Shown: positions 1 through 8,999, numbered from the stretch's first letter. The stretch is DNA of 36,936 nucleotides from a virus (IMGVR_UViG_3300006893_000004:1-36936); one strand, 5' to 3'. Numbers and translations: made by a program. The notes: generated by a model from the letters alone, not told the origin.

Positions 1-123
1 GTTAGGCGAATACGGGAACAATGCTGAATCGGATTATGCAATTGACCGAGCGCATTCTGAGGATTGCTCAGCAGTCAAGGTGAACTACAAACAGGCAGTT
101 GACCAGTTGGAACGGGCGATTGA
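1..123 (+). repeat. Terminal direct repeat, copy 1 (circular assembly overlap)
   Basis: Identical to 36814-36936. Confidence 0.97.
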
Positions 124-595
124 TTACCTGAAGGGGGAACTGGGCAGCGGACTTCGGGAATGGGATGACGCAATAGATTTGTTGATCGAGAAACAGGAAG
201 AGTGTCAAGAGTGTGACTGTGGTTTTAGCGGTCAATGGAATAACAGAGAATATCGCTATTTCAATCCCAACTATGAGAATTACAAGGGATTGTCAGAGGA
301 TGAAATCCGCAAGTATTGCAAGCAGGAGTTTGACCGCATGGAATCCCTCAACAATCAGCAATGGGGGTTCATCGGCATCCGAGCAGAGGCCGATTACAGC
401 GTTGATAATTCTCAACTGATTCAAGAGGCTACCTCTGGCGGACTCTGGGGAATCGAATCGGACTCAGATGCCAGTTACTTCACTTCGGTTGAACAAGAAG
501 AATTAGCAGAGTTACGCAAGCAGTTAGAGGGCATTGGATTCAGCAAGCGGGCGATTGCTGCTGCATTCAAGAATGTAGAACACTCGGACGAGTAG
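1..595 (+). CDS. 3' part of origin-spanning acidic hypothetical early protein
   Basis: In frame with ATG 36743; D/E-rich. Confidence 0.85.
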   Translation, partial: LGEYGNNAESDYAIDRAHSEDCSAVKVNYKQAVDQLERAIDYLKGELGSGLREWDDAIDLLIEKQEECQECDCGFSGQWNNREYRYFNPNYENYKGLSEDEIRKYCKQEFDRMESLNNQQWGFIGIRAEADYSVDNSQLIQEATSGGLWGIESDSDASYFTSVEQEELAELRKQLEGIGFSKRAIAAAFKNVEHSDE

Positions 596-602
596 GACTG
601 CA

Positions 603-661
603 CTCCGTTTGCAGTGGCGTGCATTGCCCTAACAGTGCATGAGGGTGCAAACCGAAGGGAG
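603..661 (+). promoter_or_regulatory. Conserved intergenic hairpin, copy B (GUGG/AGGG internal loop)
   Basis: GTTTGCA-GTGG-CGTGCATTG-loop-CAGTGCATG-AGGG-TGCAAAC; CTCC can pair with the RBS GGAG. Confidence 0.8.
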
Positions 662-666
662 AACAA

Positions 667-1023
667 ATGTCATTCATGCAAAAGCAGATCACGAACAAGC
701 AGAATTGGTTGCGTGTCGAGACTTCACAGGGTACGGAGTTTGTGAACACGTCCGACCTTAGCCTATTCGTGCGGGATTCCAGCACGGTCACTCACCCAAT
801 GAGCGAGGCCGAGTTAGAAGAGACGCGGGCGAAAATCCAACCGTACACAGAAGGCAATCCGCAATCTTGGGAGAACATCAAAGGCTACGGGGCGAGACTT
901 TCCGCACCCGGTTATCTGGATTGCACTCCGTGGGATGTATTCGATTCAGTCGAGGAAGCCCAGCAGTATTTGGATGAGACCTATCCAGAGGATGAGGAAG
1001 ACGAGCAGGTGGGTGCACAGTGA
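667..1023 (+). CDS. Acidic hypothetical early protein (DNA-mimic candidate)
   Basis: GGGAG RBS; 23 D/E versus 8 K/R in 118 aa. Confidence 0.85.
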   Translation: MSFMQKQITNKQNWLRVETSQGTEFVNTSDLSLFVRDSSTVTHPMSEAELEETRAKIQPYTEGNPQSWENIKGYGARLSAPGYLDCTPWDVFDSVEEAQQYLDETYPEDEEDEQVGAQ

Positions 1024-1154
1024 ACGGGGTGCATGCACTGGCAGTGATCACGGGCTTAGGGATGGCACTCACGGGTCAAAGCCTCGCGTGGGCCATTGTA
1101 CTGATATCAGCAATCGCAGTGACCGCAATCATCGGATTAAGGGAGCGTACCTAA
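1020..1154 (+). CDS. Small membrane protein, 44 aa (MNGVHALAVITGLGMALTGQSLAWAIVLISAIAVTAIIGLRERT), absent from the ORF track
   Basis: GTGA overlap with upstream stop, TAATG overlap with next start, hydrophobic. Confidence 0.65.
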   Translation: MNGVHALAVITGLGMALTGQSLAWAIVLISAIAVTAIIGLRERT

Positions 1155-1447
1155 TGGAATTACTTTGGTGGTCTGAATCATCCGGACGTATCGAACTACA
1201 AATGACCTTGGAAGATGCGGAGTCTGTGAGCCATCAGGGGCGATGTGACGATGACGTGTCCACCCTTCGCAAGGTGCCTTACATGGCGAAGCAGTTGGAC
1301 GATCTGAAACCTGAAACCGTGCGGGCCTGCTTGAAAGAATACGGGGCATGGGATGCCGATGAACTGGCGGATCACGAGGCTAACCTTGACCGCATTGTTT
1401 GGCTAGCGGGCTGTGACATCCGAGAGGAGCAAGTAGAGAGACGCTAG
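1154..1447 (+). CDS. Acidic hypothetical phage-type early protein (MELLWW..., 97 aa)
   Basis: GGGAG RBS, coupled start; the longer 935 start overlaps real genes. Confidence 0.8.
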   Translation: MELLWWSESSGRIELQMTLEDAESVSHQGRCDDDVSTLRKVPYMAKQLDDLKPETVRACLKEYGAWDADELADHEANLDRIVWLAGCDIREEQVERR

Positions 1448-1458
1448 CGGGCTAGGTT

Positions 1459-1520
1459 CTCCTGTTTGTTTGTAGTGGCATGCCCGTGCACCCATGGGCA
1501 TGAGGGTACAAACCGAGGAG
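1459..1520 (+). promoter_or_regulatory. Conserved intergenic hairpin, copy C
   Basis: GTTTGTA-GTGG-CATGCCCGTG-loop-CATGGGCATG-AGGG-TACAAAC; CTCCT can pair with AGGAG. Confidence 0.8.
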
Positions 1521-1521
1521 C

Positions 1522-1614
1522 ATGGCGGACACGGGGAGTCCCGTCCGTCTGAGGGTACACAGGAGCGTGCAGCATTGCCCGGAGTGTATTGGTTGGGGCG
1601 GACAAGGGGAATAG
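1522..1614 (+). CDS. Short CxxCxGxG peptide (30 aa), possibly a zinc-finger remnant
   Basis: GAGGAG RBS after hairpin C; HCPECIGWGGQG. Confidence 0.35.
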   Translation: MADTGSPVRLRVHRSVQHCPECIGWGGQGE

Positions 1615-2122
1615 TGCGGGCCAGCAATTGCCCGGAGTGTATCAGTACGCTGTGACCGGGGTGTAGTGTGCCCGGAGAACTGTTCGGAGCAGTCCGGGCG
1701 AATGGAGTTATAAGGCAATGCACAGGCATGGGCAGGGAGTGCCTCGTCTAATCGGTCGGGCGAATGGAGTGATCTGCGATGGATGAGCAAGTAAGGGATT
1801 GTAGACTGGCACGAAGCATCAAAACGTGAGGAATCAGGCAGTTACACAGAAAGTCAACGACTTACAAATTCACATTCAAACAACTTTGATTTCCGGGCAT
1901 TTGGGCAATCTCTTTTACACGTGAGACCCTACGGCCAAATTCAGGTTTTACCGGGGAAGGAGAATTTCCCCCTCTTAGTTTTTGGACACTCCCCACTGAC
2001 CACTCCCAAAAGTCTACGCAGCGTCTCCAAACAATTTTCTTTTGGTCGGGCGAGGAAAAGGAAACTTTTTCTTCCTGCTTGGTGCATACGCAGGAGAGTC
2101 CCCGACGCGAGCCTTTACCAAA

Positions 2123-2314
2123 CTATTTCTTTGCTGCTCGAATATTGGCCCATCTTTTTCTTTGAGCGGCGGCAATCCGCTTCCTGCCCGCTGCTGACAT
2201 TTTGCGACGTGCCCGCTTGACCTTCGTCTTTGCTCTGCCTTCCAGCAGATGTAATACCTGACTCAACTTTGCGATCTCTGCCCTGATTTCCTTTGTGATG
2301 GATTCTAGACTCAT
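2123..2314 (-). CDS. Small basic putative nucleoid-associated protein (MSAAGRKRIAAAQRKRWA motif)
   Basis: GAGGGG RBS; N-terminal coiled coil plus K/R-rich tail. Confidence 0.75.
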   Translation of the reverse strand: MSLESITKEIRAEIAKLSQVLHLLEGRAKTKVKRARRKMSAAGRKRIAAAQRKRWANIRAAKK

Positions 2315-2442
2315 GCTGCCCCCTCGGTTCGCAGATGCGAAGGGGAAGGATAGCATGGGAGGGCCGCTTCCTGCGGATCGTTCCGCCCGATTCTATACTG
2401 ATACACTCTGCCTTTGACATACCGGGATCGGGAATCTGCCGA

Positions 2443-2812
2443 TCAGAACTTGGTCAAGACTTCGATCACCCGACCAATAGCAGCATCGTAATCGGTCTTG
2501 ATAGGGGCGAAGTTTAGTCTTGTGATCTCTCCCGCCAGATATAAATCGAAAGACCCAGAAAAACGGTTTTTAGCAACTCGCAATTCCTCTCTTGCACGTA
2601 TTACGTCAGCAGTCGTTGGCACGTTGCCCACGTTCGACTGTGCGCTCGCTGGTTCCAAACTAATGAGAGATGTATCCCCCGTGATGCACCACAACAGCAC
2701 TACCAACGGCATCCTTGACTAGACCCGTCCGGCCCGACCATACGACAGGATAATTCCCTAGAGTGTTCAATGTCTGGATTAGTTCGTCTCGTGTTAGTGC
2801 GTTAGGCGTCAT
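2443..2812 (-). pseudogene. Hypothetical gene apparently split into two frames (2660..2812 and 2443..2712)
   Basis: GAGGAA RBS at ATG 2812 gives 50 aa; overlapping downstream frame has no clear RBS. Confidence 0.35.
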
Positions 2813-2986
2813 GGTTCCTCCGTTTGCCCGATTTGTGTGCTGTCCGATTTGTTTTTTCTCCTGCTATCTAAACGAGAACGCCTGACCATTCCCTCCAGAT
2901 TGCCCGATTCTTTGTACTGATACCGATTGCCACTGAGGTCAGTTCGCTTTTTGCATATATACGGTGCTGCTCAGGGTTGTGCATGA

Positions 2987-3184
2987 TTACTTCTTCCTGA
3001 GCCACGAGGCTACGGTGTGCGGGCAAAATCGCACTGCCGTCCCTATTCTGAAAGACGGTATGCGGCCAGTTCTCGCGTGCTTGAAAATCGTAATTCTTGA
3101 GACGGACAGTAATGCCGCGAGTTCCTGCGCTGTCAGTGCATGATTTATTTCTTCAATTTGGTTTGCAATAGATGCTGATGTCAT
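2987..3184 (-). CDS. xis: Excisionase-like HTH protein
   Basis: LTAQELAALLSVSRITIFKHARTGRIPSFRIGTAVRF; GGAGG RBS; next to int. Confidence 0.85.
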   Translation of the reverse strand: MTSASIANQIEEINHALTAQELAALLSVSRITIFKHARTGRIPSFRIGTAVRFCPHTVASWLRKK

Positions 3185-3402
3185 ATCCCTCCAAGGAAGC
3201 AGATTTTGCTTCGTTCCTTGGAGAACTAGGTTTTGCTAGTTCGCTGTGACCAAGGCGGTCACGCCTGATAATCCTTCGACTGTCACGGTTAGCATCAGGA
3301 TGCACCGGGGCGTTGTTTTGCCTGATTTCATACTAGCAAGAGTTGGCCGCAATTACAATGACATAATTTGTCACTAATGTTACGTTACGCAACATAACCG
3401 AC

Positions 3403-4557
3403 TTATGCAAAGATCGTGTTCATCTTTGCCCGCGTTGCCTCTGACCGCGACGGCTTCAAATATCGCATAGTGCTTTCCATGTCGCTGTGACCAAGCCACT
3501 GCTGGACCGTTCGCAGATCGACGCCAGCCCACAGGCACCGCGTTGCAAATGTGGCACGGAACTTGTGAAGCCGGAATCCATCGGCGTCTAGCTTCGCACG
3601 TTCCGCAATCGCCTTCAGACAGTCCAAGAAATCTAGCTTGGGTCTGCATCCGCCAGTGGGGAACACCAGACTGCATGTCTTGGCAGACTTCGCCTTCCAC
3701 GCCTTCCACGCCTTCAGGCTCTTTGCGAGCTTTGAGGAAATCGGAATCTCGCGCTCTTTGTATGCCTTCGGTGTCCATCCCGCGTCGGGCTTGTGGCTCA
3801 CCTTGACGGTGGACGCGGCGAAGTTCACATCCGACCAGTACGTGTACATCACTTCCTGTTCACGCTCACCCGTCATCAGAAAAAACTCAAACCAGACGCG
3901 TTCCTCTGCATCGCACTTTGCGAACAGCTTATCGAGTTCTTCCGTCTCGTAGATTTCAGGTTCTTCCTCAGTGAAGCGCGGCCAATCATTTTTCCCCACC
4001 AGCCCGCGAATGCCATTCGCCTTGAGGAAAGACATCACGTTTGCGAACTTGTTCCAGCAGCTACGTGGTGCCTGCTCCTTGTCATCCCGCAGGAACGCGC
4101 AGAACTTCAGCAAGTCTTTGCGGTCGATTTCCTCAAGGTTGAGTTTGTGACAGGACTCAGTGAAATACGAGAGTGCCGTGGTGTAGGCCGCTAGCGTCTT
4201 GGGCTTCTTCGTGAGCTTTGTTTCGTCGAGGTAGTCTGCAACCGATGCCGCAACCGACCGATGCCCGTTACCGCTCTCAGGCACGATAGCCGCGCCGTGG
4301 TTCACCGCGTTGAGTTCTGCTTCCTTGCGTAGCCTTGCGGCACTGGCGTCTGCTGCGTCCTTGCCAACAGACAGCCGTACCCGCTTCGCACCCTCGCGCC
4401 ATTCCAATTGGTAGCAACCTTCAGAGTGTCGTTCAGGGATTCCGTTGACCAGCACCATATCCGGCTTTACGCGGCCATTCGCAGAAAGGACCACCGGACA
4501 GTACCGCAACCCGGTGTTGGTTTGGACTCGTTTGGTGAGATTGACTTCGCGATTCAT
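3403..4557 (-). CDS. int: Tyrosine integrase (start MNREVNL, 384 aa)
   Basis: TGEREQE (R), K, HKFR, LGHSD, TMRY catalytic motifs; core-binding domain. Confidence 0.95.
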   Translation of the reverse strand: MNREVNLTKRVQTNTGLRYCPVVLSANGRVKPDMVLVNGIPERHSEGCYQLEWREGAKRVRLSVGKDAADASAARLRKEAELNAVNHGAAIVPESGNGHRSVAASVADYLDETKLTKKPKTLAAYTTALSYFTESCHKLNLEEIDRKDLLKFCAFLRDDKEQAPRSCWNKFANVMSFLKANGIRGLVGKNDWPRFTEEEPEIYETEELDKLFAKCDAEERVWFEFFLMTGEREQEVMYTYWSDVNFAASTVKVSHKPDAGWTPKAYKEREIPISSKLAKSLKAWKAWKAKSAKTCSLVFPTGGCRPKLDFLDCLKAIAERAKLDADGFRLHKFRATFATRCLWAGVDLRTVQQWLGHSDMESTMRYLKPSRSEATRAKMNTIFA

Positions 4558-4565
4558 GTGCTTAT

Positions 4566-4794
4566 GGTAGCACATGCGGTAGCAGTGTTTGATATCTTGT
4601 TGAAAAATAAGATACTGGCGGAGAGAGAGGGATTCGATTACCGCCATTTCTGGCAAGTCGTGCTGATTCCTACAGTTAGCGATTCTAGCCTGTGTTTATG
4701 CGGGTGTCGAGCGCATTCGTAACTTAGGCTACAGTGTCCACAGTTTCCCTAGGATATCTCATTTTCACCTAAAACGGTAGCACTGGTAGCAGTG
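4566..4794 (+). repeat. Integrase arm-type direct repeats GGTAGCA at 4566, 4578, 4776 and 4785
   Basis: Two tandem pairs (GGTAGCAC / GGTAGCAGTG), one on each side of the core. Confidence 0.75.
4616..4637 (-). other. attP core: 3' end of a tRNA-Ser (TCGAATCCCTCTCTCTCCGCCA)
   Basis: T-loop, acceptor strand and CCA only, immediately upstream of int. Confidence 0.85.
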
Positions 4795-5055
4795 CCGCAA
4801 CATGTGCTCCCTGATCGTCAGATGCGACCTAAGAAGTCTCAGAGCATCTATCTCCGTAGGAGCTTTTATGGGAAGAAACCAGAGGCGGTTCGTGTTTCCG
4901 GGTAGCGGCCTAATCCAGTGGCTCTCTTGGGAAGAGACGGAGACTCACTACATCCTGAGACATGCGTCAGGATTTCAGTTCTTGCACATTCCCAAGTCAC
5001 TGCGGGGCGATGTTCGCTGGGATGCTTCGGAACAGTTGTTTGAATGGAGTTTGAT

Positions 5056-5316
5056 CTAGACCCGTCTCCAAAAAGTGCCTTTCGGCTCTTCGTCAACGTC
5101 GATAGGAATCACCTTGTCTGCATCCTTCAAGACGCGTAATGCTTGCAGGGTGTCTTCGGCGCTTATGTTCGCCAGTTTCGCAAGGTCCGCCCGTCTCCAA
5201 TTCTTGTGCTCTGTCATCACTGACAAAACTGTTTCGACGTGGCTGTGTTCCTTCCTTTTGCGAACGGACTGCAATACCTGCCCGCCGATGTCCCACGTAT
5301 CCTTAATCACTCCCAT
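5056..5316 (-). CDS. Hypothetical protein, possible winged-helix C-terminus
   Basis: GGAGG RBS; RRADLAKLANISAEDTLQALRVLKDADKV. Confidence 0.6.
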   Translation of the reverse strand: MGVIKDTWDIGGQVLQSVRKRKEHSHVETVLSVMTEHKNWRRADLAKLANISAEDTLQALRVLKDADKVIPIDVDEEPKGTFWRRV

Positions 5317-5375
5317 AAAAAAGTACCTCCAACCGCACAAGCAATGTCAGTGTCATTCGGGGGAAGTGACGGTGC

Positions 5376-5819
5376 CTACTGATCGTCATCCCAAGGACAA
5401 TCACACAACTCCGAGATGTCGGGATTGCTATCCCGATGCGCCTTGATCGTTAGGTTATCTTGGTTGACATCAACCCAAGTCAGCGGCTTTTTATACCGGG
5501 TGAAATACAGCATCTTTCGCTTACCCGTCCGCAGTTCTTCTAGAATCCGCTTCTGGAATTCTATTCCGTCCGGTAGCAATAGCAGCCCTGCGAGACAACT
5601 GTTTTTCTGACGCTCGTATGTCTTACATTTCTCGGGATACTTGAGGTCAGTGGTGACAATGATTGCCCGTCTGAGCCAACCAAGGTCGATTACTTCCATG
5701 TCATCCGCATGCGGGGCTAGGCCGTGGTCGATGGTTGTCTCTGTGACGCATTCGCGGAAGTATGGCCGCAAGTCCTTTACCGAATTGTCTAGCAGGAAAA
5801 AATAGTGTCTCTTCGACAT
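5376..5819 (-). CDS. PIN-like domain protein (DUF5615/Mut7-C type)
   Basis: FLLDNS...ADDMEVI...AIIVTTD acidic motifs. Confidence 0.65.
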   Translation of the reverse strand: MSKRHYFFLLDNSVKDLRPYFRECVTETTIDHGLAPHADDMEVIDLGWLRRAIIVTTDLKYPEKCKTYERQKNSCLAGLLLLPDGIEFQKRILEELRTGKRKMLYFTRYKKPLTWVDVNQDNLTIKAHRDSNPDISELCDCPWDDDQ

Positions 5820-5846
5820 TGCCAGTTTCCCAAAGCAGAACCGCCG

Positions 5847-6269
5847 TTATCGCTTCTGTTTGCTGACTTCCTTCTCCGACTTGATGCCGTATAGCACCCT
5901 GATCGGGGCGTCGGTCGATGAACTGCCTTTTTCCTCCCCATAAAAGTCAACGCTTTGAGAATAGAGTTTGGCGTCGTAGTCGCTGCTGGCATGGACGTGG
6001 GCGCACACGTTCGTCCAATGTATGGGCGACTTCGTTGTGACGACTTCCACGCAGTCCAATACATACTCCGTCACGCCTGAATTGCCCTTTAAGTTTGTGT
6101 ACCCCTCCACCGTAAATCGGGTCGCGCTGCATTGACCAGTCGTACAGTAGTCCGTCGCCTCCGCTGACTGCACAGATGTGACGTGAAATACTATTTTCTC
6201 GCCCGTCTCCTGTGCAAAGCACCGACAGGCTAGAAGCGCAACAACGATGATGGCGATTCTCTTTTTCAC
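5847..6269 (-). CDS. Secreted hypothetical protein
   Basis: GTG start with AAGGA RBS; signal peptide KKRIAIIVVALLACRCFA. Confidence 0.75.
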   Translation of the reverse strand: MKKRIAIIVVALLACRCFAQETGEKIVFHVTSVQSAEATDYCTTGQCSATRFTVEGYTNLKGNSGVTEYVLDCVEVVTTKSPIHWTNVCAHVHASSDYDAKLYSQSVDFYGEEKGSSSTDAPIRVLYGIKSEKEVSKQKR

Positions 6270-6288
6270 GATTTCAATTCCTTTGCGT

Positions 6289-6504
6289 CTACCTCTTGTC
6301 GCCCGTGCGCTTGCCGCCGCCTGCACGTCGTCCCGGCAGCGGCTCGTGGCTTACAGGCACCCATTGGCCACCCCTGTTTTCTGCAACAATATTGCGGCCA
6401 CACTTTTCACAGGTGCCCATGAGTACCGGGACGTATTCACTTTGCTGTTTCCGTATCTGCCGGATTGTTTCCTCGCTGAACGAACCGCTGCAAAGTCTTG
6501 GCAT
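6289..6504 (-). CDS. Small CxxC protein (71 aa)
   Basis: GGAGG RBS; GTCEKCGR. Confidence 0.5.
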   Translation of the reverse strand: MPRLCSGSFSEETIRQIRKQQSEYVPVLMGTCEKCGRNIVAENRGGQWVPVSHEPLPGRRAGGGKRTGDKR

Positions 6505-6574
6505 GGGTTTGCCCTCCGAAAATGTAACATAATCTAGCTGGCGAAATAAAGGCGAAAGTTGTACGCTGTTCCCC

Positions 6575-6775
6575 ATGGACGAAGGCCGCAAACGGGTGAT
6601 CGGGATCATGGCAGCAATTCTTGCGAGCCTGCACATGCAGACAGCAGATGACCTGTTCGGAACTCCGCAGGGAAGCCCACGCACGGACAAGCTGATTGCT
6701 GCCTCAGTCCAATGGGCGAGGGAGATAATGAAGAAGATCGACGCAGTATGTTCGGGTGACAGGAATGCCTTCTAA
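6575..6775 (+). CDS. Small hypothetical protein (MDEGRKRV type)
   Basis: N-terminus resembles a small protein family I associate with Acidobacteria. Confidence 0.65.
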   Translation: MDEGRKRVIGIMAAILASLHMQTADDLFGTPQGSPRTDKLIAASVQWAREIMKKIDAVCSGDRNAF

Positions 6776-7112
6776 TACCTGCCAATTTATCAAACGAAAC
6801 AATGAGGGCTGTAAACGCCCCGTCGCTGTGGGACAGAAATTCTGCTGGCAGCACTCCCGTGGCCTAATCCCAAAATGGCATTCTCTGACTCGCAAGCAGA
6901 CCGTTGGATTTTATATTGGTATGGCATCGTTAACAGCAACCCTGTGGTTTGGAATACGCAGCGTTCTCCCGACGAACCACACGATTCACGTTCAATCGTC
7001 TGGTGACCAGAGTCCGAACGTCGTTGACAACGAAGGCAAAGTAGAGATTCACAACCAACAATCCACAACACAAAAGCAGAAGAGTGAAAAGCCGTCAGCG
7101 GGGTCGAAATAA
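6765..7112 (+). CDS. Single-pass membrane protein with N-terminal C-C-C-H motif
   Basis: CQF..GCKR..FCWQH, then a hydrophobic helix. Confidence 0.6.
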   Translation: MPSNTCQFIKRNNEGCKRPVAVGQKFCWQHSRGLIPKWHSLTRKQTVGFYIGMASLTATLWFGIRSVLPTNHTIHVQSSGDQSPNVVDNEGKVEIHNQQSTTQKQKSEKPSAGSK

Positions 7113-7812
7113 TGAAACTCTCATTTTCAATCATCCTCTTATTTGCAATGTCTGCCATTGCACAGCCGCCGTCACGGACCATAGAGGCTCAATCGTCAGG
7201 TGAGTGTAGCCCCAACATTCTTGCAAATCAGGGCAAGGTGGAGTTCACGTGCAACACGTCACTGGACGACGCCACGGCAAAGAAAATTGCTTCCCTACTA
7301 AACCAGTTAATGCGGAGAGAAGGTAATTCAGCGAACACCGTGCAAGAGATAAATCGCAAAGTGGACGAACTTTTGGATTTTGTTAAAAAAAACAACTGCC
7401 TGTTCCACGTCGGCTTTCGTCCCAAACTAAAACCGAATTGAGTGATTGCCTGCGAAAGAAACCGGGACGATTTTCCGTTGAAGCGATTGCTGATAACGGT
7501 GAAGCATATCAATATGCTGAAGACTGGCGGGAAGTATTCTTGTCGGCTGGCTGGGAGGATAAGCACAAAAACATCCCCATTCAAGTTTTTACGATTGGTG
7601 GTGGAACGTACTCAGGCGTACGGATTAGTGTCCACGATGCGTCAACGGTTCAGGGGCAAATAGCACTGGCAGACGGTTCCCCAGAACAGGGCGTCGAAAA
7701 GTGTTTGATGGGTAGGAGCGACCTTCCCGGAGGCGGGTCTATTATGTCTTTTAAGGACTCGCCGAGTGGTTCAGTGGATATAGAAGTCAGTTATCAACCA
7801 CAGCCGCGCTAG
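7112..7812 (+). pseudogene. Secreted protein split by a frameshift at A8 (7385-7392)
   Basis: The -1 frame joins ORF 7112..7441 to 7438..7812 (VKKQLPVPRRLSSQTKTELSDCL). Confidence 0.65.
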
Positions 7813-7850
7813 CTGTGGGGCATTTGTCGTCAAGAGTGTGGGGTGTTTTC

Positions 7851-8048
7851 TCAGAACGTGCCTGCATCAATATGCGGCTTTGACCTCTTCTGTTTTGGCA
7901 ACACACTCTCCGCACCGATGCGGGCCAGTCCAAGCACGATGCCGGACTTGGTAAGCAATGCCTTCGGCCAAAGATGATTAGCGGCCTTCATGAGCAAGGA
8001 ATAATCTTCAGCGGACATCTTGACCGTGACCGATGTCGAACGTTTCAT
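7851..8048 (-). CDS. Small ribbon-helix-helix-like regulator
   Basis: STSVTVKMSAEDYSLLMKAA; tandem TCTAAGGCA repeats upstream at about 8088-8105. Confidence 0.5.
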   Translation of the reverse strand: MKRSTSVTVKMSAEDYSLLMKAANHLWPKALLTKSGIVLGLARIGAESVLPKQKRSKPHIDAGTF

Positions 8049-8126
8049 GTGCAATCGTCAGCCCTAGACCCCTTCGCAGGCAAGAAATCTAAGGCATCTA
8101 AGGCATTCTTTAGTTACAATGGCAGG

Positions 8127-8999
8127 ATGGAATTTCCTGATGCTGAGGAACACGCCCGCGTCATCCTCGAAGCTCTTGAAGGCGACTACCAAACCGCATT
8201 GGAGAATGTGTACGTGTTACGAGCCTTCGGCTTTTCTGAAGAATATTGCCGCAGAATCGAAGCACTGCTAACGACAAGGGTTGTCCGCCCGTCGTCCCTA
8301 ATGGAGATTGAAAAACTTCTTCGTCTGCTGGCTGGCCGTGTTCACACGACACGCTTGAAAAACGGTGCTCGTCTGCTCGACGGATCAGACTTCCGAGCGT
8401 GGCTGGTGGAACTTGCTGATGACTGTGCAAAGCGGTTAAGAATCTGTCCAAACTCGGACGCTAAACGAGAGGGCAAGACGATGGAAAAAGAAACGAACGA
8501 TGTATTTGGTGAGGTAATTTCAAGCTACACGTCTCAGGATGCGGCAGAGGACGGTATCCTAGTGCCGATAACGCCAAAGGATGCGGTTACGCGGTCGGTC
8601 TGGGAATACTTGACCGCTAAAATTCCAATGACTTCTGAACCGCCTGCGAATTGGCCAGTTGAAATGATGGGATGGTTCCGAGCCGGGAATCTCTCGAAAC
8701 CCGAAGCGCAAAAGATGATTGCCAAGCACGGTATCGAAGCACAGCAAAAGCATGAGCAGATGATCCGCGATGACAAGGCGCTGGCGCTGGCCAAGGGATT
8801 GATCGGCAGTGAATCGCGGACAGCAAAGCGAGTGTATGAGAACAACGAAGGCGGCGGTATCCACAAGATTTTCGTTGTCAACACTGCAACCGAGATCGTT
8901 GGGATTGTAGGCAAGGAACTGGCTGGGATAACGCGGACGCTCTGGTTAATTCCGAATGAGCTAGGCGGGGTCACGCTCATGTTCCCTGAGGATTACTGA
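8127..8999 (+). CDS. Hypothetical protein with C-terminal DUF6573-like domain (internal start at 8481)
   Basis: FGEVISSYTSQDAAEDGILV...TLMFPEDY; RBS before 8481; TACAAT 7 nt before 8127. Confidence 0.7.
   Translation: MEFPDAEEHARVILEALEGDYQTALENVYVLRAFGFSEEYCRRIEALLTTRVVRPSSLMEIEKLLRLLAGRVHTTRLKNGARLLDGSDFRAWLVELADDCAKRLRICPNSDAKREGKTMEKETNDVFGEVISSYTSQDAAEDGILVPITPKDAVTRSVWEYLTAKIPMTSEPPANWPVEMMGWFRAGNLSKPEAQKMIAKHGIEAQQKHEQMIRDDKALALAKGLIGSESRTAKRVYENNEGGGIHKIFVVNTATEIVGIVGKELAGITRTLWLIPNELGGVTLMFPEDY

Noticed and set aside
1-123. 123-bp repeat as a biological terminal repeat
   Set aside because: It falls mid-gene and is best explained as assembler overlap on a circle
603-1520. Hairpins as integron attC sites or CRISPR repeats
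   Set aside because: No consistent RYYYAAC/GTTRRRY boxes, no IntI-type insertion seen, no cas genes, and the spacing is gene-sized
3691-3716. 9-bp tandem repeat in int (KAWKAWKA)
   Set aside because: In-frame micro-duplication with no evident function
4616-4700. Full tRNA gene
   Set aside because: Only the last 22 nt match; no D arm or anticodon arm
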